A DNA stretch of 64,000 bases, from positions 11,222,001 to 11,286,000 of the forward strand of contig NC_045722.1 of assembly GCF_009834535.1 (NCBI RefSeq), read 5' to 3'. The number at the start of each line of letters is the position of its first letter. Position 1 is the first letter of the stretch. The notes beneath the pieces were generated by a model that worked only from the letters and a program-made list of their open reading frames with translations, did not search any database and was not told the origin of the DNA. Both the position numbers and the translations under genes were made by a program. This stretch comes from Camelus ferus. Lineage: Eukaryota. Positions 1 through 13,471 of the stretch are shown in pieces.

Positions 1-164
1 ATAATAGAATATGGCACAAATAGGGTCCCCTAAGGAAGGTCTCCATTATGGAAAGGTACTAGGGCACTTTAACAAGAGGTAAAAATTGGTTGGAAAGCTT
101 GCTTTGAGTTACCTATAGGGTAGTATATTCATTTATTTTTTATTTTACCATTTTATTTCTATTT

Positions 165-226
165 GGGAGGGTTAGGTTTATTTATTTATTTATTTTTAAA
201 TTTTTTAAATGGAGGTACTGGGGATT
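165..226 (-). mobile_element. Truncated 3' part of the same SINE
   Basis: gggagggttaggtttatttatttattt...ggaggtactggggatt is the reverse complement of the SINE 3' half. Confidence 0.7.
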
Positions 227-356
227 GTAGTATATTTAGCTCATAACTAAATGCTTATCCCAATAATCCTAAAAACATTACCTAACTAATAAAAATAAAT
301 TTACTACTCCTTGCTCTTCTCCTAACTGTTAAGCAGAAGGAAAAAAAGTGGCAGTT

Positions 357-527
357 GGGGGGAGGGTATAGCTCAGTGGTAGAGTGCATGCTTAGCATGC
401 ACGAGGTCCTGGGTTCAATCCCCAGCACCTCAATAAATAAATAAATAGACCTAATTACCTCCCCCCACAAAAAAAATTTTTTAAATAGTGTTAATTTAAA
501 AAAAAAAAAAAGGGAAAACGACAATAA
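357..527 (+). mobile_element. Camelid tRNA-Ala-derived SINE (Vic-1 type), well-preserved copy
   Basis: GGGAGGGTATAGCTCAGTGGTAGAGTGCATGCTTAGCATGCACGAGGTCCTGGGTTCAATCCCCAGCACCTC with A and B boxes, an (AAAT)n/ctaattacctcccc tail and polyA; TSD aaaaaagtggcagtt / aaaaaagaggcagtt. Confidence 0.9.
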
Positions 528-1635
528 CAAAAAAGAGGCAGTTACATGTCCTATAAATTTCATTCAACATTGGTGAACTAAAAACTGTGATGTAATTTAA
601 GGGAGATGTACCACTGTATTACCAACTTGTTATCCAATTTCACATTAAAGGTTTAAAAAAAAAGACTAAAGAAACTATTTTATCCAAAATCAATGATCTT
701 TATACCATTTATGTTGATTTCAGAAAACTCTACTGATATCACAGTCAGCCTGATTACTCTTGGCTAGCAGATACGAATTATCTTTAACCTTTAAAGGCAG
801 ACTCCTCCTCCTAGGCTGACTCCATCTAGATACCCAGGCAGCTCTTCCTGTAACAGGGAGATGGACTGGAGACCTTATTAGTACCTCATTAGCCATCACA
901 TGCTGTCCCTGCACTACATCTATTCTAATTACCTTTCCAAGTTCCATTTCTGTCTTTATTTTTATGTTCCCAACACAGTTTTTACTGGTTCTAATCAGGA
1001 ATATGTTTTGGGGCTCCTGTCATTCATGTCATGCTTGCTGGTGTCCTCATTCAAGCCCTAATGTGCTGGACCACAGTACAACAAGGTACACAGATAAACA
1101 TGGCACACTCTGAATTTGACTATGCTTTCCTGATACTCCAGCTGCGGAGACATTTCTTCTCATGGCCATTCTGGCTGGTTCAGTGGTGTGTAGCTTTGGA
1201 TATGAAAAAAACCACAAAGGCAGGCTTTCTGGGTAACTTTTCCTTATATCACTGGTCACTTGTTTCATAGGTAGCCCTTTTTATTTTCTTTCAGAGAAGA
1301 ATGGAATGATACCATCTATGCCTAGCTCAGAGTTAAAAAAAAGAAATTTTATGTCCTACAAACTGATAGTAAGAGGAAGCTTGTTTTTGATTAAAGCATT
1401 GCAACACTTATTGCTGCAGTTACATGTCCTATAAATTTTATTCACCTCTCAACAGGGCAACTCTTTACATAAGTGAAAATTACTTTGCTGGAACCAAGTA
1501 ACTAGGCAGCACGTTCTCCCCATTTCTCATGTCCAGTGTCAGCCCTGTGAGGAAACTTCCCTCCTGCAGCCCTAAGTCAAAGTTCTTCCCTAAACCTCAG
1601 ACCCAAGCAGGATCCCCTGACACCCTGCTGTGTAC

Positions 1636-4600
1636 CTGAAATGGCTCGACATGTAGCTCGTTGCACAAAGTATTCAGCTCTTTTTGACAGATGGATATGC
1701 TTTTGATGAGTCTTTCCTTCAGGCTTTCCTCTTCAGCAATCATCATGTCCAGGAGGTCCTACAAGACAGAAAACAGTCCCATAAAATTTTCGGTTTCTCA
1801 TTGGCCTCAAACAACAAATAACAGCAAAACCCTCGTAATTTCAAATTTTTAAGAAAGGACTTAAAAACAAACAAAATCAGGAAGAGCCTGTGATACCCTA
1901 GTGTCACTCTATATGCTATCTTAGATGAGACAGCGACATCCTCCCCTGTCCCACTGCACAGAGACCATTACTACTCAACTCACCTTGATGTGTTTCTTTA
2001 CAACCTCAGTTCTCTGTAACCGCTGGTCCTCTGGAATGCCAATCAATTCCCATATTTCCCGAAGGTGATTCAGGGCTTTCTGGAGACATACTATGGACTC
2101 CTCTGCCAGCACCTCACTAAAAAGCAAAAGAGAAGCCCGCTACATGAGTTACTGCCTCCAGACTAAAAGCAGTATTCTTAGGAACTAAACAAACTAGTTT
2201 CTCAGTGGGTTCAAGGCTAAAACAAATTGAAAACAAGCTTTCAGTTTAACTCATCTTTAACTACTCCCCTCTCCTTCTCCCTCCAAATACCATAACACTG
2301 GCAAAGCAAAATTCAGTATCATATTACACTGTGGAAGTTCAGTCTTCTGAATAATACTCAGAACCTGGACTTTCATCAATGGTTCTACCTATGGCAGTAC
2401 AATAAAGAATTTTAAATGCTTTTGTTAAAGAAAAGCCAAAGATATCAGTAAAACAAAACCCCCATCTAACACCAGAATTTGCTGGTGAGAAGCTCCTATA
2501 AAATAGCTGGCAAGTTACCATGATTTTGTTGCTGTTCTTTATTTTTTCCTTCCAGTTTTATTAAGCTATAATTGATATATAGCACTGTATAAGTTTAAGG
2601 TATACAGCATAATGACTTGTTTTACATACATCATGAAGTGAATTATCACAATAAGTTTAGTAAACATACATCATCTCACATAGGTAAAAAAATTAAAAGA
2701 AATACAAAAAAATTATTTTTCTTATGATACTCTTAGGATTTAGTCTCTTAACAACTTTCGTAAATAACATACAGTGGTGCTATTTATTATGTTGTACATT
2801 CCATCCCTAATACTTATAACTGGGAGTTTGTACCTTTCGACTGCCCTCATCCAATTCCCCTTTCCTCCCATCCCCAGGCCTCTGGTTACCTAAGCCTCTG
2901 ATCTTTTTTTTGTGAGTTTGTTTGTTTCTGAAATATAATTGACCTATACACTATGTTTGTTCCTGTTACAGAATACAGTTATTCAGTATTTCTATACATT
3001 TCAAACGGATCACCACAATAAGCACCATATAAAGATATTATATAGTTATTGATTATATTCCCCACACAGTACATTTCATACTCATGACTCATTTATTTTG
3101 CAACTGAAAGTTTGCTTCACTTATTTCTTCTCTCCCTTTAGCCCCCTACCATTCTTGGCAAATACCTGTTTGTTTTCTGTATCTTTTATTATGTTTACAT
3201 TTTGTTATGTTTTGTCATTTGTTTTGTGTTTTTAAATTCCATATACAGGTGAAATCACATAGTATTTGTCTTTCTCTGACTTATTTCTCTTAGCATAATG
3301 CTCTGGGTCCATCCATNNNNNNNNNNNNNNNNNNNNNNNNNNNNNNNNNNNNNNNNNNNNNNNNNNNNNNNNNNNNNNNNNNNNNNNNNNNNNNNNNNNN
3401 NNNNNNNNNNNNNNNNNNNNNNNNNNNNNNNNNNNNNNNNNNNNNNNNNNNNNNNNNNNNNNNNNNNNNNNNNNNNNNNNNNNNNTTTTTTCTCATTACA
3501 GTTTTTGGNNNNNNNNNNNNNNNNNNNNNNNNNNNNNNNNNNNNNNNNNNNNNNNNNNNNNNNNNNNNNNNNNNNNNNNNNNNNNNNNNNNNNNNNNNNN
3601 NNNNNNNNNNNNNNNNNNNNNNNNNNNNNNNNNNNNNNNNNNNNNNNNNNNNNNNNNNNNNNNNNNNNNNNNNNGTTATTTGTTGTCTTTAATAACATGA
3701 TCCTGATAGGTGTGANNNNNNNNNNNNNNNNNNNNNNNNNNNNNNNNNNNNNNNNNNNNNNNNNNNNNNNNNNNNNNNNNNNNNNNNNNNNNNNNNNNNN
3801 NNNNNNNNNNNNNNNNNNNNNNNNNNNNNNNNNNNNNNNNNNNNNNNNNNNNNNNNNNNNNNNNNNNNNNNNNNNNNNTAAGTTCTTTGTATATGCTGGA
3901 TATTAACCCCTTGTCAGATATATTGTTTTCAAATATCTTCTCCCATTCAGTAGGTGGCTTTGCTGTTGTACTTAAATTATAACTATTAACTTACAGAATG
4001 GCTAAAATTAAAAAGATAATCATCAAGTGTTGGTGAGGATACAGAAAAGCCAAAATTTTCATATACTACTGGCTGGAGAGTGAACTGATACCACCACTTT
4101 AAAAACTGTTGACAGTATCTGCTAAAGCTGAACCCAGCAGTTCCATGTCTCTATACATACCCAGCAGAAATGCACACATATGTACCTTTGTATGTACTAT
4201 AATGATCAAAGCAGCATAATCATAATAGCACGAAGGCAGAAACAACCTAGATGTCCATCAATAGAATGCAAAAATAGTACATTCCTACAATGGAATAATA
4301 TAGAAATGAATACAAAACATGGATAAATCTCAGAAACTTTATGTTGAACTATGCTAAATGAAAGAGGTCAAACACAAAAAGACTACATACTATGTGATTC
4401 CATCTTATGAAATTTTTAAAAAGGCAAAACTATAGTGAAAGGAAGAAAGCAAATGAGCTGCCTGAAATTAGGGCAGGGGATCAACTGCAAAAGGGCACAA
4501 GGAAACTTCTTTAGGGTGACGGAATGCTTCTAGATCTTGATGGTGATGGTGATTATGTAACTGTATACAATGACCAAAACTCAAACTGTACAAGTAAAAT

Positions 4601-7600
4601 GAGTCAATTTTACTGTATGTAAATTACAACTGAAATTTTCAAGAAAAAAAAAGGTAAAAGAAATAACTAATGTAGAAAAACAAAAACAAAACAAAAAGTT
4701 GGGGAAGAGGAAGAAAAACAGTCTGAGCAAAAGAAGTCAGATAACGCAAGCATCTTTCACTATGTGGTTCCATTTATACAAAGTTCAAAAACAGGCAAAA
4801 CTAAGCTTCGCTTTGACAAGTCAGAATAGTGGCAGTCATTGTCCCTGGAGGTGGTGACTTTTGGAAAGGGCACAAGGAGGGCTGGTTATACCATGTATAC
4901 TTTGTGAAAATCCATCAGTTTTGCATTTGATTTTTATACATTTCTGTATGTATGTTATTCTTCAATTACAAAAAATTTATTTAAAAAAATTATTCATTAT
5001 TTATCTGGAATACAAATTTAACTGGGTGCCTTCTGTTCATCTTTAAAAAAAAAACTTTACTTAAATATGCTAACCCTTAATCTGCTTCATACAATGTTAA
5101 AGAACACATTTTCTCTCCTTTCTTGGTACAACTGGATAACAAAGAGACTGGTCTGGCGCCAGAGAAACTAGAATCTGGATGTGCTTTGCTATCAGTCAGC
5201 AGGGAGGCCAAGAATAAGTCACTGAAGCTCTGTGTGCAAATGATGAGCCAAGAGGCTCTCACTGTCCCCTTTTCTGTCTCAGGTTATTCAGTGGTTCTGA
5301 ATCACCAGCTTAGATCCCCAAGGACATCAGTTTCTCCATAGGTTTTTAATATATTTACACCCAAGACATTTCTTTAGCCAAGAAATCCAGTTTAAAGGTT
5401 GCCTGTCCTAGTAGGAGAAAAGCTTTTGCACAATTACCAGATGGCATCAATACCCATATGATGAATAGTGTTTAAAAGAACTGACTGTTCTCCATTCATT
5501 TTAGAAATGTTAACAGGTAATTAAGTCATTTAATCTCAATTAATCAAAATTTAACTAAAGTGCTTCCTCAGGCAAATAATCCCTTTGTACTCCACTTTTA
5601 AGACAAAAGAATGCACAAGTCAAAATCCTGATTTTAGCATTTTATTTAAAATAACCTATAAGATCTAAACTGTGGCCAATATTCAGTCTGCAAAGCCTTA
5701 GAGTTGAGCCAGATCAGCCTGGGCCAGTCCTGAGGGGCACGCCTTCCGAGAATGCTCTACAGCCTTTGTTCTCCAGTCTGGTTGCCCCTCCATCTCCAAT
5801 TCTCACCAATCTCCACATAACAGCTAGATTCTCATGAAAACAAAATCCAATCAAGCTCCTGCTTAACTTCCAGCTTCCCACCACCCTCAGGAAACATAGT
5901 ATAACCAAACACCTTCAAAGGAAGGGCCTTCTAAAACTGTTCTCCAAGTCTGTCACTTAACCCCTCCTACCTCTCACCCCCTAAAACTCCAGCCAGCTGA
6001 ACTTGCCAAGTGTCCCCTGCAGAGTCCCCCTCACTCAACCACATGTAGCTCTTGGTTTCTGAACAGCCTTGCTTCTGCACATTACCTTCCACCTGCTTGT
6101 GGAAAGCTGCAGATTCCTCACAGTCATCCCCCTAGCTAGCAGACCATAAACTTCAGGGCAGGGACCATCACATTGTATCCATCCTCATTTTACCCCAGTG
6201 CACAGTAATTATCTAATAAATGTAGAACAAATGGCCTAGAATTCCTGCCAAAGGTTCACTATGTTTCTAACTTCTACCTACCTTAAGAATGTATGAGTTC
6301 TCAGATAGTGACAACAGATTTACAGGCAGTGCCGCCTAACTCTGTAAGACATCTAGAAGGTAAAGTGATTACTTTTCTCAACAATTAAAAATCTGGCACA
6401 ACAGGCAAAGCATCTGAATAGATGCTTTTTCTCCAAAAAAGATATACAAATGGCCCACGAGCACATTCAAAGATGCTCAACATCATTAGCCACCAGGGAA
6501 ATGCAAATCAAAACCACAAATAAATACCACTTCACAGCCCCTAGAATGACTATAATAAAAAAGACAGTAATAAGTGTTGGCATGGATATGAAATTAGAAC
6601 TTTTGTATACTGCTGGTGGGAATGTAAAATAGTACAGAAGAGTCAGAAAACAGTCTAGCAGTTCCTCAAACAGTTACACATNNNNNNNNNNNNNNNNNNN
6701 NNNNNNNNNNNNNNNNNNNNNNNNNNNNNNNNNNNNNNNNNNNNNNNNNNNNNNNNNNNNNNNNNNNNNNNNNNNNNNNNNNNNNNNNNNNNNNNNNNNN
6801 NNNNNNNNNNNNNNNNNNNNNNNNNNNNNNNNNNGAATATATGATATACCTATACAATGNNNNNNNNNNNNNNNNNNNNNNNNNNNNNNNNNNNNNNNNN
6901 NNNNNNNNNNNNNNNNNNNNNNNNNNNNNNNNNNNNNNNNNNNNNNNNNNNNNNNNNNNNNNNNNNNNNNNNNNNNNNNNNNNNNNNNNNNNNNNNNTGA
7001 GGGCTGGGATTCAGGGGGGTGGAGGAGTGTGTAAAAAGAGGATTAACTGCTAATGGGTATGAGTTTTTTAAAGGAATAATAAAAAATGTTAATTCATTGC
7101 AGTGATAGTTGCATAAATCTATGAATACACTAAGAATCATTAAATTGTACACTTTAGGTGAATTGTACTGGTATGAGGATTATATCTCAATAAAGCTGTT
7201 ATTTTTAAAAATCTGGAACATAATCTGAAGTTTTAAATTTGTGACTTAATTGAAAAACTTAGATATGATCACTAATTCATTTAGTCAAACAAATTACTTC
7301 TACAAAATAAAATGACATGAAATTAGGATAAAATTTATAATCTCAAATCCAGTTAAAACCAAGACAAACATCTATACAGCAAATGTACTGCTAAACTCCA
7401 GCAAATGGGCAACTAGAAGCAGTATTTACACAATTTGCTATAACGAAAAATTTAACCCTCCTTCGGAGCTAATAACTTAAACAAATCTGATTTGGTTGGA
7501 AAATGGGTGTTTGGAATTACCACATGTTCTAGAAATTGCTCTCATGACAGTACAGTTTTCAAAGAATTAAAAAGCTATTGACAACATTCCAATTGTATGA

Positions 7601-9876
7601 CTGAATCCTAGTATCATCCCAACACCTCTTTCTTACATCCTTGCCATTAGCCATACTTTCAGAAGAGCCAGACTCTCACTCCTCCCTATCTCTGCTGTTA
7701 CCTCCCTGGTCCAGGTCGCCACTGTTATCTCTTGCCTGTACTACTCTCCTGGCCTTTTAACTGGTCTCCCTGCTTCTGCTTTGGCATCCCTAAGCTTATT
7801 GTCTATACAGGAGCCACAAGGCTCCATGCCCTCAAAATCTTCCTATAATTCCCTCTCTTGGAGGAAAAGCCTCTGCCTTTACAAAGGCCTCCAGAGCCCT
7901 CTACTCCAGTCACACTGGACTCCTAGCTCATTTCAGCACTATCCTACCTCAGGCATTGATTGGCATTTGTTATTCCCTCAACCTAGACTGTCTTCCGCTA
8001 CATGTCCCATGGCTTGCCCCTTGCTGCCTTTAGAAGATGATCTTTTCTCAAAGATCATCTTCTCAGGGAGGCCTTTCCTGGCCAATCTCTTTAACCCTGC
8101 AACTCCCCTATCCCACACCTTTCTCTGCTTGATTTCTCTCCACTTATTACCATTTAACGAATAACTTGATGTTTCAAAAAAGTTGTATGATTTTAAGATG
8201 CCTCAGCACAATCATAGTGAATAATAATTATCATGATACAATTATGTACCGCTTTGCTACCTGGTTTCAGGTAATTCCCCAAAAGGTGCAAATTTGAGAT
8301 TTTTTAAATAATACATCACCAAAAATCTAAGTGTGCTTACAAGAATACCACCCAAGAATACAAAAGTTGTAAAAAGGGCCGATTTTTTCTCTTGAACCTA
8401 AGTCACTAAGACTGGAAGATACTGCAAATGGACCTCTAAATAATTTCCTACCTTCTGACAGCAGTCCACTGATACACTGTCCTACTTTTTCTCTAAAGCC
8501 CTCCTGAGAAGTTTTGTTAAGCTCCTCTGTATAACCTGCTTCAGGAAATCGACAGCCAATGGTTAATTCAGTGAACAATCTGATAACCATGACATTCTCA
8601 AGCATATTTTTCATAGTCCTTTTTAAATATGAATACCTGAAATTCAGATTACCCCAAAGTCTGGTTTTGTTAGTAGAGTAATTCTAGTTGCTCTTTTAAA
8701 GCCTAATTATATCTGTCAGCCGAACCAAAATTATCTTTTCCTCCTCTTTCATTCACTCTTGAAAGCAGATGCCTGAACAATCCAAACACTGTTCATGAAC
8801 TTGGGGTAAATTTCCTATAAAATGCCATTTAAAACTTCAATAGTCCTCAGAACGTGTCATTTGTTTAAACCCAAAGCAGCTTAAATGAGCTGTTTTTTAG
8901 TTAATATTTGGAATCCACAGCCTTATACCTGAAATCTGCTGTTCCAATGGTACCAGTGATTTGTACTCCACTCCCAAACTCCCGAGAGCAAGCATTTGAA
9001 AAGGAACGGTTGGAATTAGTAACCATGGAAGAAAGAACCTTACAGAGCCATACATCAGTTTGACCAAAAACAAGTTATTTAATAATGAATCATCCAACGC
9101 TTCACCCACTACTTTCCGAAAATAAGGCTAACATTTGAATCGCTTTTAAGACAAAAGTCCTATGCATTGACATTATTTTAGAGATGAGCAAACTGACCAT
9201 TCAACATCTTTGCCCAAAATCACGAGGCTGGTAAGTGGCTGGTCCCGATTTGAAGTTGGACACTCCTTTCCCAGCACCGCTTGAGGAGTTGTTACAACAA
9301 CCGGCAAAGAATTCTTTTAACCGGAATTTCTCAACTTGCAAAAAAACCAAGCTATCTTTCCAATTCAAGTAAAGTGTTAACACTGTAACACAGATACATC
9401 GAAAAACGATAAATTAAAAACTTAACGGCTTTATTTAAAGAAAAATGAACTGTGACCGTAAAAGACTCAGGACTTAGAACAAGCCATCGGTGCTAAGCAG
9501 CAGCACCTGAGACGTTTTGCGGGCGGGGAGGGTGGGGCTCTCCCAAGCCGGCTCTGACCGCCGAGCACCCGGGGCGCTGGGGACAAGAATAGCCTCCCAG
9601 CCCCACCGCGTCTCCCTCTCACCTGCGCTCCTCCCGCACCCGGGCGTTGGGGCCTGCGGGAGCCCTCGGCCGCCGGAAAGCTGTGCGTCAAGTAGGGCCT
9701 CCGTACCGCCAAGCCCGCTCACCGCTTCCCAGCCTCACTGGGGCGCCAGCTGACGTGACACCCAGGCCCCGGGCCGAGAGCGGCCTCTCGAACCCCGCAC
9801 CGGCGGCGCACCCGGGATAGGCGTCCCTCCCTACGGCGCCCCCTCGATTCCTCCTAAACCCTCACCTTCTCCTCAT
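1636..9876 (-). CDS. PRC1: Protein regulator of cytokinesis 1, 5' part only (coding exons 1-3; gene continues off the left edge)
   Basis: Exons 9876-9866 (ATG AGG AGA AG|gtgag), 2116-1984 and 1758-1636, all with GT-AG boundaries, splice to MRRSEVLAEESIVCLQKALNHLREIWELIGIPEDQRLQRTEVVKKHIKDLLDMMIAEEESLKERLIKSISICQKELNTLCNELHVEPFQ, the mammalian PRC1 N-terminus. Confidence 0.97.
2530..3950 (-). mobile_element. LINE-1 3' region (with N gaps)
   Basis: Typical L1 3' UTR antisense text (gctataattgatatatagcactgtataag..., gaaatcacatagtatttgtctttctctgacttattt..., gatatattgttttcaaatatcttctcccattc). Confidence 0.8.
3317..3878. other. Assembly gaps (N runs) inside L1; further gaps at 6682-6997 and 54822-54955
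   Basis: N runs separated by short sequence islands, all within LINE-1 copies. Confidence 0.95.
3990..4660 (+). mobile_element. Old LINE-1 (L1M-type) 3' fragment
   Basis: aattaaaaagataatcatcaagtgttggtgaggatacag..., caacctagatgtccatcaatag..., gactacatactatgtgattccatc..., aaattacaactg. Confidence 0.75.
6385..7210 (+). mobile_element. Old LINE-1 (L1M-type) fragment with N gaps
   Basis: ORF2 C-terminal remnant (HIQRCSTSLATREMQIKTT..YHFT..RMTIIKK) followed by a 3' end ending tatatctcaataaagctgtt. Confidence 0.8.
7620..8170 (+). mobile_element. LINE-2 fragment
   Basis: C/T-rich L2 signature (ccttttaactggtctccctgcttc..., catcttctcagggaggcctttcctggcc). Confidence 0.65.
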
Positions 9877-10420
9877 GACGGACGCTCCAAACAGGCGGGC
9901 GTCGAGGACCCCGACCTTCTCGACGCGGGCCAGAGTACAGTAACCACCCGCAAGCGCCGGCGAGCTCGCTCCCGGTCGCCGCCCGCGAGCCGTTAGGCCT
10001 CTGCAGGATTTCAAACCTAACACCGCGACGGAGGAGCCCCACGATTGGTGCCCCGGCCCGTCGCTCCTCGCTAAGCCCCGCCTTCTCCCCGCCCTCCGGC
10101 GCTCCGGGACTTGGGGCGGAGGCTCGCGCAAAGGACGTGGGAAGCTCTAGCTCACTGGCTGGAGATGGAATCTGCGCCTGCGCCCGCGCGCGGCTCGCTT
10201 TCCTCGCTCCGTAGTAGTCAGGACATTTCGTATCCTCCTCGCGAGCCGGCCACCTCGTCGGAGCCCCACCGGGCCCCCACGCAGTTTTGATTCCAAGAGC
10301 GCGTTGCCGCCCAGAGGTCGCCGGGTCTCCCCGGCTTGGCGCATAAACGGTCTCACTGCCCTCAGCCTGCGGGTGGCAGGAGCAGAATTTAACAGAAAAG
10401 CCTGGTGCCTTGTTTCCCTC
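9480..10420 (-). promoter_or_regulatory. PRC1 CpG-island promoter with CHR (TTTGAA), CCAAT box and NRF1-like motif
   Basis: GC/CpG-rich tract around exon 1. The minus strand reads GTTTGAAAT (TTCAAA at 10010-10015); CCAAT on minus (ATTGG at 10044-10048); TGCGCCTGCGC near 10172-10183. This is the typical layout of a G2/M DREAM/MMB target promoter. Confidence 0.75.
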
Positions 10421-10715
10421 GCTCATTGGAGACTGACCTTTGGTGGCAATTCCTCCAGATAAAGGAAACCGTGCCCTAAAGGGGAAGGGAAGGGACATTG
10501 AACCCTGCTCACCGGCCTGGTACCTTTCTAGGCGAGTGATCCCATTTAATCTTAACAGTCCTGCTAGGTATTATTGCCATTTTACGGGGGAGGAATCCAT
10601 CTCAAAAAGGTTTGAGTGATTTGTCCACGTAACGATTGGTAAATTTAAAAAATCATGGTTTTCTTTCAAATTACATGGGTGTATATAATTGTTACATGAA
10701 AATTTAAAAACTTAA

Positions 10716-10856
10716 GGGGGAAGGTATAGCTCAGTGGTAGAGCGCATGCCTAGCATACATGAGGTCCTGGATTCATTCAATCCTCCACACCTCCATTAAA
10801 ATAAATAAATAAACCTAATTACCTCCCTCCAAATATTAAAAAGAAAAAAAAAAAAC
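10716..10856 (+). mobile_element. Camelid tRNA-derived SINE
   Basis: ggggaaggtatagctcagtggtagagcgcatgcctagc... with the same tail and polyA. Confidence 0.9.
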
Positions 10857-11982
10857 CTCAAAAGCGACAAAGTACTTTTGTATCCTTACTGCATGCCTAA
10901 ATGCTTATACTTTTTTCCCATTTTTTCATGGTTGCATAATATATTGGTGTGTAGATTCATAATTCAACAATTTTGCTATTGATGGATATTTAGATTGCAG
11001 TTTGTACAAATAAAGGTCTTCATACCTGTATCTTTGCATCATTTTCTTAGGGTTGGTTCTTAGAAGTGTAATCACTGAACACTCCCTCTCCAGACAGGTT
11101 GTATTTATTAATTTGCCCTCCCCACCAAAGGAGCCTCACCTGAAGAGTACTTTCCGTTTACCCTCAGCAGCGTGGAGTATTACTGTCCTTTTAAACCTCT
11201 TTGCTAGGCATTTCCTTGTTTCATTCATAGTTAATTGATTATAACTGAAATTGTACATTTCCCCCACGTGTATTGGCCAAGTGTAACTTCTGTGAATTCT
11301 CTTCATTTGCCTTTTCCATGTAGGAAAAGTAAGACGCTCGTTTGCTCCACCGTCAGGACCATGGTTTTCTCACCAAGAACTTCACTGATGCTTTCAACAT
11401 CCTTTAACTTATCAGCCGTGTGCCAAACATTTATACCATGTAATGTGTGGCCTACAGGCACCACTTTTAAAATTTACTTGCATTCTTTGTTGATTAACTT
11501 GAGAGTTTTCCAGAAAACTTCAAAAACTTGTGATCTTCAGATAGGTTCCCACAGCCAGCGTTGTAAGTATCCAGAGATAAGACCAATTTTGCTATCATGT
11601 CCTTTACACTGTAGTTCTGAAGCTAACAAAGTCACAGAACCGTTGGAAGATATCAATTCAGAGCACATACTCAGCACATACAACACTGTTTAATGTGTGT
11701 ATAAAAAGGGGTCGTATTTCTATTGAACAGCATTGTTCTAGAATGTAAGTGCAATGCACTGTGACTGTTTATTCACTTGGCCATAGAATCTTCTAACTGC
11801 CACATATTCTTTCTGCAAATTAACAGCTCTGTCAGCAGCAGTGTCTTTGATCTTGCACACTAGCCTGATGTAAGTAGCACTGTTAAGATTCTAGCTAGAC
11901 GCTTGAGGTATGCATTTTCCTTGGAATTTGTACTCATATAGCATTATCATTCTTCTATGGAAAGAATACTTTTTTCCCCCCA

Positions 11983-12089
11983 TTTTTTTTTTTGAGGAGG
12001 TACTGGGGATAGAACCTAGGACCTCATGCATGCTAAGCACATGCTCTTAGCTATGCTAAGCATAGCTCTCCTGAGCTATTACCCTCCCC
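11983..12089 (-). mobile_element. Camelid tRNA-derived SINE (internally rearranged)
   Basis: polyT + gaggaggtactggggatagaacctaggacctcatgcatgctaagc...gagctattaccctcccc. Confidence 0.85.
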
Positions 12090-13207
12090 TCAGAAAGAAT
12101 ACTTTTGATGATCCAACAACACAGGTTAGGATCTTTCTTTTGACAAGTGGCAGCACTTATCAAAAGTGAACAGGAGAACAGATAGGAGGCAGAGCAACCG
12201 GGAGGGACAGTTTTGCAAAAGCCAAGCCAAAAACAAGTACCTCTGCCACGGGGATGGTGAAAAGAAGATGAACTAGAAGCATTTAGAAATAATAGGTAGG
12301 GGGACCAGCTGAACGTAGGGGCTAAAAATAAAAAATGTGAAGTCAGGGATATAATTTCCTGCACAAAGAAAACCCGAGTAGATGATAAGAATGTCGATTA
12401 AGGAAATACAGAAAGAAGAGCAGATTTAGGGATTCCAAGTGGGGACAAGAGGTTCAGTTTGAGAGTTTATCTTAGACGTGTTGAGTTTGAAGTGCCTGTG
12501 GAACGATCAGGTTGGAAATAATGGTGTAAAGCTCAACAGTGAGACAAAAGTTTGAGATGTACAGGTTAACAGGATAACAACTAAGGACAGCGAGAGGAGA
12601 CGTCAACCAAGGGGGATGCCCAGAGGAATCAAAGGAGATGGAACTGCAGCCCAGAAGACTGCAGGAAGACAAAAAAGCATGTCACAGAAGCTGAATACAA
12701 GAATTTCAGGAAGGAAAGGGTGCTCATCAGTGAGATCAAGTTCAAAGAGGATGGAAAAGAAACCACTAACAGATGTGGTTAGAGTTCACTAGAATCAGCA
12801 CTTAGGAGGGCACTCGTGATCTTTATAGGACCACAGTCTGCCAATGCCTGAAACTACTCTAACGAGGGACACAATCTTTCATTCTGCAATAAGAAACAAA
12901 AGGCTTAAAATTCAAGTACCTCCTCAAGTTAAAATAACAAACTCATTTTTTTTCTAAAGTTTAATGAATCACAGAATTTTAGAATTGGAAGGGTGCTTGC
13001 TGATCATCTACCTAATCCATCCCCCTCATTGTATGGTTGAGGAAAGTCCAGTACAGGGAAAGTTTCAAGGAAGAACCAGACCAGGCCCAGAGCTAATACC
13101 GAGTCCAGGCCACGGAGCAGACAAAGCCCCTACGTAAAGTCCCCTCTGCTTTAATCAAAATGGAAGTACATGTCCAGAATTAAACATACTATATTGAGAG
13201 TAGAGGC

Positions 13208-13213
13208 TTTATT
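13208..13213 (-). terminator. VPS33B polyadenylation signal (AATAAA)
   Basis: TTTATT on plus = AATAAA on minus, about 260 nt downstream of the VPS33B stop codon. Confidence 0.7.
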
Positions 13214-13471
13214 TACAATGATACTTAAACAGGATTTAGCAAAAGATCCCCTTCCTCCTCATCAGCACTGACTGTACCTCATAAACAAAAAGAAATATCC
13301 TGGGGGCAGGAAGTGAACGCTCTCCTCAGATTTCTTCTCTAAATCCCAAATAAGTTCCCTGCTCCCAGCTCTTAGTAGGACAGTTGGTAGACATTTATTA
13401 GCAGCTGGGAGTCAAACTCCTGTATCCGAGGAATGTGTCCAGGGAAGACTTCAACACAGGCAGGGAAAACT

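Noticed and set aside
357-432. Possible tRNA-Ala(AGC) gene
   Set aside because: The acceptor stem is imperfect, and it is followed by the SINE tail and polyA and flanked by a TSD; eight related copies occur in the window. It is a SINE, not a tRNA gene.
3255-7152. ORFs spanning X runs (also 54748-55253)
   Set aside because: Artefacts of N gaps within L1 elements.
9467-10498. Several 70-214 aa ORFs over the PRC1 promoter
   Set aside because: GC-rich CpG-island sequence is poor in stop codons, and none resembles a known protein.
11235-11950. 152-aa plus-strand ORF and protein-like minus-strand fragments between PRC1 and VPS33B
   Set aside because: I could not match any frame to a known protein or repeat. 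A CLAH-like motif hinted at a hAT fossil but the frames are broken; a BLAST/Dfam search is needed.
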